Notes under the pieces: generated by a model
What the model was told of the DNA's origin: nothing
The model's database searches: none
What the model saw: the letters and a program-made list of their open reading frames with translations, nothing else
Translations under genes and position numbers: made by a program
Assembly: GCA_951406725.2 (NCBI GenBank)
Contig: OX597816.1
Span: 94,798,001-94,862,000 of the forward strand
Direction of reading: 5' to 3'
Source: Octopus vulgaris
Taxonomy: Eukaryota
Length of the DNA: 64,000 nt
In this document: piece by piece, positions 28,831 to 40,705 of the stretch
Layout of the letters: each line of letters starts with the position of its first letter
Numbering within the stretch: position 1 is the stretch's first letter

Positions 28831-28920
28831 CTGACTCGGTGCTGGCGCTAGAAGAGGACTGGTCGGAATACATTTGTGAGGGAGAAACTCGTTCAGGCAG
28901 CCACCCTGTGTAGGTATGAC
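28831..28920 (-). CDS. MADD: MADD exon with GC donor: GHTYTGWLPERVSPSQMYSDQSSSSASTES
   Basis: Pyrimidine-rich ctgcag acceptor and CAG|gcaagt donor. 90 nt, phase 1->1. GC-rich island in AT-rich intron. Confidence 0.7.
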
Positions 28921-29559
28921 CTGCAGCGGAAGGGCGTGACAAACCTGATATGTTAACAGCTTCAGCAGCCAACCAAAAAATCTTGGTATCCAAACATATT
29001 GTCAGCTAACATAACCCAAATAGCAAACCCTAATATTTTCTTATAGGCAGCTTAATTAATGTAATAAATATGGCAGATTATTCTTTTCCTGTCAAAACAA
29101 GATATAAGTATAATGTATAGGTGCACCTGTGCACCTATACATTATTTTACATTAAAATTTCTGATTATATTTTATTACTAATGTATCTAAATATATATTT
29201 AATAAATAAAATCATTAATTAAATTCAATTTTAGCTCATAAAATGTTTTTCTTCAATCAAAAAATATTACTTGATGGGTAAAATGAAATGGAGAAAATTG
29301 TTTGACAGGTAAAGATTAATAAAACTTTTTCATAAAAATATTTATATACTTTTTAAAGTTCCTCATTTTGATTGTATTTTTAAATGCTTTTCAGAATAAA
29401 TAAGGAAATGGAAAAAGAAAAAGAGAAATTTCAATAAACAAGAAAAACAAGACAAAAGTTATTATTTAGATATTTCACCAGCCTCTAAGTATATTTATGT
29501 TTTGTTATAATCTAAAATGTTGAAAAATTGATGAATTATATTTCCAAATAAATAATCAC

Positions 29560-29760
29560 CTGCATTGTATGTTGTGTGTATAAATACATACATGGATATA
29601 TATATACACATCCACACACACATATATATACATATGCACACATAAACATACGTATATAGGTGTAAATATATATATATATATGCATCTATATATATATATG
29701 TATGCATGAGTATGTAAATATACATGTATGCGTATGTAACTATACACACATACACATATG

Positions 29761-29801
<41 letters not shown>

Positions 29802-30449
29802 ATCATAAAATATACATATATATATATATATATGTATATATAAATATATATATATAATATATATACATATATATATATTTATATGCACACAAATATAAAT
29901 ATATATACTATCATTGCTTCAAAGGCGCTGTTAGAGTACATCACTTACTATTGAATACATACCTTCATACACACACACATATATGAATATAAAGACATAT
30001 ATATACGAAAATATACTTATGTAAATATATATAGCCATACATATTTATATATGCGCATATATATATATATATAGACACATAAATACATATATATATACAT
30101 ACACATATATATACAAACAGATACACACTCACACATATGAACATAAATACACATCCATAGGGATATATGCACACACACATATATATATATATATATATTT
30201 ACATCTACATACATATACATGCACACACATATGCAATTATATGTATACGTATATGTACATACATAATTATGGATACATATACATACATATATATACTTAT
30301 ACATACATATGTAAACTTATACATACATATGTATACTTATACATATATATGTATACTTATACATACATATGTATACTTATACATATATATGTATACTTAT
30401 ACATACATATATATATATGTATCAATAACCGCAGATTTATCTGTGTGTT

Positions 30450-30501
<52 letters not shown>

Positions 30502-31146
30502 TAGACACATATACGTACATACATGTATATACATATATATAGATACATATATATACATATATACGCATATGTATATACATATATACATATATATATATAT
30601 ACATACATATATACATATATATATACATACATATGTATATACATACATATATATATACATACATATATATATATACATACATATATATATACATACATAT
30701 ATATATATATATACATACATATATATATACATACATACATATATATATATATATACATATATATATACATATATATATACATATACATACATACATATAT
30801 ACATATATATATACATATACATATATATATACATATATATATACATATACATATATATATACATATATATACATATATATATACATATACATATATATAT
30901 ACATATATATATACATATATATATACATATATATATATATACATATATATATACATATATATATACATATATATATACATATATATACATATATATACAT
31001 ATACATATATATATATACATATATATATATATACATATATATATATACATACATATATACATATAAATACATACATATGCATATACATACATATACATAT
31101 ATATACATACATATATACATACATATATATATATACATATATATAC

Positions 31147-31180
<34 letters not shown>

Positions 31181-31220
31181 ACATATATATACATATATAT
31201 ATATACATACATATATATAT
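29560..31220. repeat. Compound (TA)n/(TACA)n microsatellite
   Basis: Direct inspection. Confidence 0.97.
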
Positions 31221-31423
31221 AATAAATATAAGAGAGTGTTCACTATATTGATCACTCTAGCACCAGTTAATCCAAGAGGTTTCAACCACGAAAAATACAT
31301 GTTTCCCATGAAAGCCGGTACGACTGTTAGCTCACACAATTATAACGTCCGATGTAATCGATTGAACCGCACGCGTATTTATCGTTATGGTAAAATCTGG
31401 CGTGTGATTGAGTGGATTTCATC

Positions 31424-31517
31424 CAGATAGTCTTGGCTGAAGAGCTACAAATGGATTACTGTAAGTAATATTACATTTAATTCATTAATAGCGAAACAAT
31501 TGTCCCAAAATAATCTG
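31424..31517 (+). ncRNA. Type I hammerhead ribozyme, copy 1 (predicted cleavage after GUC at 31504)
   Basis: CUGAAGA at 31437-31443. Long stem II (gcta/tagc, aatggatta/taattcatt, tgtaa/ttaca). GAAAC-AAUU-GUC. Stem I cagat..ttgg / ccaa..atctg. Confidence 0.85.
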
Positions 31518-31957
31518 TATTTTTGTTATTTTTTATTTGCCCTGTCCGTGTGAGCTAACAGTCGTACCGGCTTTCATGGGAAACATGTATTTTTCGTGGT
31601 TGAAACCTCTTGGATTAACTGGTGCTAGAGTGATCAATATAGTGAACACTCTCTTATATTTATTTTGTGAAAATACTGTAATATGTTATAAAATATTATA
31701 GTAATCCAGGTTTCTCGTAGCACTAGGCCACTTGGTGTGGAATAAATATACTATTAAATTAGTATCTAATTCTCTCACCCTTATTAATTAATTATAATTA
31801 TGCTGCATTTATTTCTAAATGCTGTATTTGTTTTCCGTGAGAGTTTGGCGCGCTGTTGGTTGGGGCATTTGAATTATAACGTCCGATGTAATCGATTGAA
31901 CCGCACGCGTATTTATCGTTATGGTAAAATCTGGCGTGTGATTGAGTGGATTCCATC

Positions 31958-32051
31958 CAGATAGTCTTGGCTGAAGAGCTACAAATGGATTACTGTAAGT
32001 AATATTACATTTAATTCATTAATAGCGAAACAATTGTCCCAAAATAATCTG
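31958..32051 (+). ncRNA. Type I hammerhead ribozyme, copy 2 (predicted cleavage after 32038)
   Basis: Identical to copy 1, 534 nt downstream. Confidence 0.85.
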
Positions 32052-32324
32052 TATTTTTGTTATTTTTTATTTGCCCTGTCCGTGTGAGCTAACAGTCGTA
32101 CCGGCTTTCATGGGAAACATGTATTTTTCGTGGTTGAAACCTCTTGGATTAACTGGTGCTAGAGTGATCAATATAGTGAACACTCTCTTATATTTATTTT
32201 GTGAAAATACTGTAATATGTTATAAAATATTATAGTAATCCAGGTTTCTATAGCACTAGGCCACTTGGTGTGGAATAAATATACTATTAAATTAGTATCT
32301 AATTCTCTCACCCTATTAATTAAT

Positions 32325-32532
32325 ACATACATATATATATATACATATATATACATATATATATACATACATATATATATACATACATATATATATATAT
32401 ACATACATATATATACATATATATATACATACATATATATATACATACATATATATATACATATATATACATATATATATACATACATATATATATATAT
32501 ACATATATATATACATACATACATATATATAC

Positions 32533-32585
<53 letters not shown>

Positions 32586-32606
32586 CATATATATATATAT
32601 ACATAC

Positions 32607-32639
<33 letters not shown>

Positions 32640-33652
32640 CATATATATACACACATATACGTACATAAATGTATATACATACATATATACATATAAATAC
32701 ATACATATACATATATATATATATATACATATACACACACATATATATATACATAGACATATATATATAAACATATATATATATATATATATATACATAT
32801 ATTTATACATACATACACATATACATGTAAAAGTAGATAAATGGTACAAGGCACCAATATTTACTGGAAAATAGCAATCTTAATAAATACATACATACAT
32901 ATATATATATACATATATATATACACACATATATATATATATACATATATATATACACATATATATATGCATATATGTATATACATATATGTATATGCAT
33001 ATATATATACATATATGTATATGCATATATATATATACATATATGTATATGCATATATATATATACATATATGTATATGCATATATATATATACATATAT
33101 ACATATATATATATACATATATATACATATATGTGTATACATATATATACATATATGTATATACATATATATATATGTGTATACATATATATACATATAT
33201 GTATATACATATATATATACATATATGTATATGCATATATATATATATATATACATATATGTGTATACATATATATACATATATGTGTATACATATATAT
33301 ACATATATGTATATACATATATATATATACATACATATATATATATACATACATATATATATATACATAATATATACATATATATATACATACATATATA
33401 TATATACATATATATATACATATATATATACACATACATATATATATATATACATATATATATACACATACATATATATATACATACATATATATATACA
33501 TACATATATAAACATATATATATATACATATATAAACATATATATATATACATATATAAACATATATATATATACATATATAAACATATATATATATATA
33601 TATACATATATAAACATATATATATATATATATATATACATACATATATATA
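32325..33652. repeat. Compound (TA)n/(TACA)n/(TATG)n microsatellite
   Basis: Direct inspection. A short unique insert lies at ~32826-32885. Confidence 0.97.
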
Positions 33653-33654
33653 AG

Positions 33655-34130
33655 CAGCAAAGTTGACATGGCCCGCAGAATGTGTTCCTGGATTCTCAGA
33701 ACCTTCCTGTCGAGAGATTCCCACAACATTATCCTTCTCTTCTCCACTTTTGCCCGACACCACCTTGAATACTGCTGTCCACTGTGGTCTCCCTACACGA
33801 AACAAATTATTATGAGAATTGAAGCTCCCCAAAGGTCAATCACAAAAAAGATAGATGGCATGTCAGACCTCAACTCCTGGGGTAGCCTAGAAAAGCTGAA
33901 ACTGTATTCACTCCAACGACACCATGAACGCTACATTATCTGTATGATGTGGAAAATATTCCATCAGCACTGTCCGAATGATGTTGGCATCACCTTCAAA
34001 ATACATCCAAGGCTTGGACCACGTGCTATCTGTGCACAACAAAAATCTAAATCGCATCTCATTACAACAATACGGCACAATTATTTCACCTCAATTCGAC
34101 CCGCTCTCTTCAACATTACACCAAGACATG
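33655..34130 (+). mobile_element. CR1-type LINE ORF2 C-terminal fragment
   Basis: WILRTF.SRD...[10 protein letters not shown]...LEKLKLYSLQR..ERY.I motifs. Confidence 0.85.
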
Positions 34131-34540
34131 TCAACTCCATCTGAGCCTTTGCTTTAACACAAGAGCTTCTATACTTTCACACCGAGAACCTTCCAATATT
34201 TCAAGATCACTGATGCGGTCCTTCCACTTAATGCCATAGATCCGTCTGAGGCACATCTGATGGAAACGTTCCAGTTGTTTAAGGTGGTATCGATATGTGA
34301 CCCACATCTCGCAGGCATAGAGAAGAGAAGGGAGCACACATGCCTTGTACACCTCTATCTTTGTCTTTCTGCATATGTCTCGCCGACTTTATTTCATGTT
34401 GCTCCAGTTCACTCAGCTGTAGAAATGAGTTGCGACGTCACAGGTGCCAAGCTGTATCAGCTGTTGCCTTTCTCTTGGATAACTCTGGAGGCGTGGAGAG
34501 GGGAGGCTGGTATGCATGGGTGACTGCTGGTCTTCCATAA
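34131..34540 (-). mobile_element. RTE/BovB-like LINE fragment
   Basis: YKACVLPSLLYACE.W..YR.HLKQLERFHQ.CLRRI.GIKW.DRI..QRLRW. Confidence 0.85.
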
Positions 34541-34548
34541 ACAACCTT

Positions 34549-35100
34549 GTATATATACATATATATATATACATACACACAAACATACATGCATATATAC
34601 ATACATATATGCATACACACATATATATACACATATACATATATATACACATACATATATATATACATATATATACACATACATATATATATATACATAT
34701 ATATACACATACATATATATATACATATATATACACATACATACACATACATATACACATACATATATATATACACATACATATATACACATACATACAC
34801 ATACATATATAAACATATATATATACACATACATATATACATATATATATACACATACATATATACATATATATATATACACATACATATATATATATAT
34901 ACACATACATATATATATATACACATACATATATATATATACACATACATATATATATATATACACATACATATATATATATATACACATACATATATAT
35001 GTATATACACATACATATATACATATATATATATACACATATATATACACAATATACACACATATATATATACAATCATATACATACACACATATATATA

Positions 35101-35145
<45 letters not shown>

Positions 35146-35157
35146 TAAATACACATA
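34549..35157. repeat. Compound (TA)n/(CA)n microsatellite
   Basis: Direct inspection. Confidence 0.97.
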
Positions 35158-36512
35158 CAAGAGGTCCAGCTTAGATTTAAAATACCCTACATCAACTTTG
35201 TGCAGGTTCCCCAGACTCTTTGAGAGAGAATATTAAAAAGCTGTGGACCCCTGAAACCCAGGCTGTCGAAGTAACTGGTCCTGAAGTGCGATGGCGTTGC
35301 TGGGATCTTTGGCACTATGCACTGTCATCCCGTTCTGGCATTGGTGTAACTTTCAATGCCAAAATTTGGTACAATTCCTTCCAAATATATGTTACTGCAT
35401 AACTCTCCTGTCTTATTTCCAGGGAGTAGAGTTTTTAGCTGTTTCAACCTTTCCCTGTAGCTGAGCTGTTGGAAAGAGACGATCTTCTTTGAGAATCTTC
35501 TCTGGAATGCTTCAAGGTCCGCTGTTAATTTCACACTGGTAGGTGACCATAGCTATGAGCAGTAATCCAGGCGGCTGAGGACAAATGTCCACCAGAGGAC
35601 CATCATGGTTTCCTTATCTCTGGTTCTGAATGTTCTTAGGATCCATTCAGCCAGTTGTCTGCACTTTGTCGCCATCCTGGTAATGAGCACTTGGAAAGAG
35701 GTATCATCACTCATGTCCATACCCAGGTCCCTCACTCATTTAGGCTCTGGGATTGTAATTTCTTGTGGACTGGTATACCTTGTAAGTTTCATATTCTGTT
35801 TTGGATGCTGGTAGCACAGGGCTTGGAATCTTTCAGCATTAAACTGCATATTATTATCCTCAGTCCATCTGTAAATTGAGTCCAACTCCTGCTGCAGTGT
35901 GTAACATCACTGGGGTTCTGTATTTTCTGTGAGACTTTCGTATCATCTGCATAGCTTGCAAGGGTGGCTATTCGGGCACTTGAGGGCATATCTGAGAGGG
36001 CCAGTATGAAAAGCAGTGGTCCCAAAACAGTGTCCTGTGGAACTCTGCTCAGTATTTGTGTTTTTATAGAGGTGGCTCTATTAGCCACTACTGCCTTACT
36101 CCTATCTTTCGAAAAGTCATGTAACCACTCTCCAAGTTTTCCAGCTGTGCCAAGATCACGCAGTTTGTGGCATATCATACCATGATCCACCTTGTCAAAA
36201 GCTTTCGCAAAATCAAGGTATATTACATCCACAATTGATTTGTTGAGTAACTGCCCCAACACCCAGTCATAATGTTGTAAGAGCTGGGTCAGGCAGCTCC
36301 TACTGGTTGAATGCCATGCTGGGTATCACTCAGCAAGTTATTTTCTTCAAAGAATGCGATTAATTTCCCTCTGACTATCCGTTCCATGACTTTAATGATG
36401 TGTGAAGTCAGAGAGATAGGCCTATAGTTTTTGGTATCTGCTCTATTTCCACCTTTATGGATTCGGCATATTATTCCCTCCTTCAGTTTGCTTGGCAAGA
36501 AAGCTCTGGAAG
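35158..36512 (-). mobile_element. CR1-type LINE RT fragment, frameshifted
   Basis: NYRPISLTS, VDVIYLDFAKAFDKVDH, VPQ.TVLGPLLF, YADDTK, WILRTF. Confidence 0.92.
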
Positions 36513-36536
36513 AGAATCTGGAGGGGTTATATATAT

Positions 36537-36573
<37 letters not shown>

Positions 36574-36589
36574 AATATATATATATATA

Positions 36590-36988
36590 GGCACAGGAGT
36601 GGCTGTGTGGTAAGTAGCTTGCTTGCCAACCACATGGCTCTGGGTTCAGTCCCACTGCGTGGCACCTTGGGCAAGTTTCTTCTACTATAGCCTCGGGCTG
36701 ACCAAAGCCTTGTGAGTGGATTTGGTAGACGGAAACTGAAAGAAGCCCGTCGTATATATGTATATATATATATATATATATGTGTGCGTGTATGTTTGTC
36801 CCCCTAGCATTGCTTGACAACCGATGCTGGTGTGTTTATGTCCCCGTAACTTAGTGGTTCGGCGAAAGTGACCGATAGAATAAGTACTGGGCTTACAAAG
36901 AATAAGTCCCGGGGTCGAGTTGCTCGACTAAAGGCGGTGCTCCAGTATGGCTGCAGTCAAATGACTGAAACAAGTAAAGAGAAAGAGT
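36590..36988 (+). mobile_element. Full-length tRNA-derived octopus-type SINE
   Basis: A box TGGCTGTGTGG, B box GGTTCAGTCCC, CORE-like ccttgggcaagt, internal (TA)n, tail tgactgaaacaagtaaaag. Confidence 0.85.
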
Positions 36989-37256
36989 ATCATCATCATC
37001 GTTTAGCGTCTGCTTTCCATGCTAGCATGGGTTGGACGGTTCAACTGGGCTCTGGGAAGCCAGAAGGCTGCACCAGGCCCAGTCTGATCTGGCAATGTTT
37101 CTACGGCTGGATGCCCTTCCTAACGCCAACCACTCCATGAGTGTAGTGGGTGCTTTTTACATGCCACCGGCACAGGTGTCAGACGAAGCTGGTAAATGGC
37201 CATGATCAGATGGAGCTTTTTACGTGCTACCGGCACGGGGGCCAGGCGAGGCTGGA
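36989..37256 (-). mobile_element. RTE-related 3' tail repeat
   Basis: (cat)n..ccatgctagcatgggttggacgg..ggatgcccttcctaacgccaaccac. Related copies near 2160-2300, 4270-4490, 43370-43640, 55200-55420 and 60830-61090. Confidence 0.8.
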
Positions 37257-37419
37257 ATATAATATATATATATCATATATAATATATACATATATATATA
37301 CAGCATGTATAATATATACATATATATAAAATATATATACATACATATACATATATATATATAATATAATATATATAAATACATATACATACAAAATATA
37401 TATACATACATATACAAAT

Positions 37420-38565
37420 TCTTATGAGATGGCGTACACAAGTTTCAAATCGCCTAAACAAACAAACTGAAAGCAGTAAAGAGTCCCGCCTGAAAATACA
37501 ACTGCTGGAGAGTGAAAAAAATCTGCAACTCTCCCATGAAAAAGAAAGAGCAGACAAAGAAGCCTAGGCTATAGAAAATATAAAATCTAACCCCAGAGCT
37601 TTCTACAAGTTTGCCAAATAAACAGCTTCAGTGCACTGCAGGATAGGGCCACTCTTCGAAAAAGATGGTACACTCACAGGAAATCCAATGAGGATAAGTG
37701 AAATACTAAATGAGCAATTCAAAAGTATTTTCGCTCCACCCATAGGGCACTTTCAAGTCAGCAATCCAACTGACTTCTTTACCACTGCAGATATAAAAAT
37801 CAGAGGTAACGATGATTGATTACATCAATATAAAGGAAGATGATGTAATAAAGGCTATAGATGAAATGAACCCAAGCTCAGCTACTGGCCCTGATGGATT
37901 CCTAGCAATCCTTCTAGAAGTATGTAAGCGAGTCCTAGCAAGACCACTGCAGTCCCTCTTTCAGAGCTTCCTTGCAACTGGTAAACTTCCAAGAAGGAGG
38001 GTAAAATATGCCCTATTCATAAAAGAGGTAGCAGAGCAGAGGCCAAGAACTACAGACCTATCTCTCTGACCCCACACATCAGCAAGGTCATGGAATGAAT
38101 AGACAGAAGAAAACTAATCACCTTCCTTGAAGAAAATGATTTGCTGCCTAACACCCAACATGGTTTCTGACCTGGAAGAAGCTGCCTAACTCAGCTCTTA
38201 CAACACTATGGCTGGGTGCTGAAATAGCTACTCAACCACTCAAATGTGTAAGTGATATATCTTGACTTTGCAAAGTCGATCATGGAATGATATGTCACAA
38301 ACTGCTTGATCTCAGCGTAGTTGGAAAATTGGGAGAATGGCTTCATGACTTTCTGAAGGATAGAAGTCAGGTGGTAGTTGCTAATGGGGCCACCTCCAAT
38401 GACACACAAATAGTGAGCGGTGTTCCGCAAGGCACTGTTTTGTGACCACTACTGTTCATAATGGCCCTCTCAGACATGCCCTCAGCAACATAGAGAGCCA
38501 CAATCACAAGTTATGCAAATGATACAAAAGTCTCACAGGTAATACAGAAACCTGAAGACACGATC
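37420..38565 (+). mobile_element. CR1-type LINE ORF2 fragment (linker plus RT), disrupted
   Basis: SATGPDGF.AILL, NYRPISLT, QHGF.PGRSCLTQLL, IYLDFAK, SGVPQG.VL, YANDTK. Confidence 0.9.
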
Positions 38566-38573
38566 AAGGGAAC

Positions 38574-39665
<1,092 letters not shown>

Positions 39666-39987
39666 AAAGACTCCGCCGGTTACGACGACGAGGGTCCCAG
39701 CTGATACGATCAACGGAACAGCCTGCTCGTGAAATTAACGTGCAAATGGCTGAGCATTCCACAGACACGTGTACCCTTAACGTAGTTCTCGGGGATAATC
39801 AGCGTGACACAGAGAGTGACAAGGCTGACCCTTTGAAATACAAGTACAACTCATTTTTGCCAGCTGAGTGGACTGGAGCATCGTGAAATAAAGTGTCTTG
39901 CTCAAGGACACAACGCGTCGCCGGGAATCGAACTCACAACCTTACGATCATGAGCCGAATGCCCTAACCACTAAGCCACGCGCCCTC
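39666..39987 (-). mobile_element. Young tRNA-derived SINE (second family), CpGs intact
   Basis: Head GGCGCGTGGCTTAGTGGTTAGG (A box) and GAGTTCGATTCCCGG (B box), then CORE-like tgtgtccttgagcaagacac. Inserted in (TA)n. Confidence 0.85.
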
Positions 39988-39989
39988 AC

Positions 39990-40412
39990 ATATATATATA
40001 TAGTATATATATATATATTTATATATACACACACATATATTATATACATATATATATATATAGTATATATTTATATATACACACACACATATTATATACA
40101 ATATATATCTGTCTAATAAAGGCCCGAAACATATGTACCGCTGAATCCTTGGAATCATGTTTTTATTTTGATCAATATATATATATATATATATACATAT
40201 ATATACACATATGTTATATATATAACCCATGCTAGCATGGAAAGCGGACGCTAAATGATGATGATATGTTATATATATATATACATATATAATATATACA
40301 TACATATATATACACATACATATATATTTTATATAATATATAGATACATATATATAATATATATTCTCATAAATACATGCATATATGTATATGTATATAT
40401 ATATTCTCATAA

Positions 40413-40458
<46 letters not shown>

Positions 40459-40594
40459 TTCACATAAATACATGTGTGTGTGTGTATATATATATACATA
40501 TATATATATAATTTATATTCACATAAATACATGCATATATGTGCATGCATATATACATATATGTATATAATTTATATTCATATAGATACATGCA

Positions 40595-40637
<43 letters not shown>

Positions 40638-40705
40638 TATATTCACATAGATACATGCATATATGTGTATATATATATATAATATATATTCACATAAATA
40701 CATGC
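39990..40705. repeat. (TA)n-rich low-complexity tract with repeated attcacataaatacatgc units
   Basis: Direct inspection. Confidence 0.9.

Larger units (their letters stand above)
31221..32324 (+). mobile_element. Young non-autonomous hammerhead-bearing retroelement (Penelope-like pLTR / retrozyme-like): inverted 117-bp piece plus two tandem copies
   Basis: 31338-~31792 repeats at 31872-~32324 with about 3 differences. 31221-31337 is the reverse complement of 31548-31664. CpG-rich and flanked by (TA)n. Confidence 0.75.

Noticed and set aside
29479-29484. Possible 6-nt microexon tacttag|AGGCTG|gtgaaa
   Set aside because: No polypyrimidine tract, so it is expected by chance.
31338-32324. CRISPR array or LTR pair
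   Set aside because: Eukaryotic context and only two long units. No spacers, TG..CA termini, PBS/PPT or TSD were seen.
39915-39987. tRNA-like sequence
   Set aside because: It continues directly into a SINE body and lacks a proper acceptor stem, so it is a SINE head rather than a tRNA gene.
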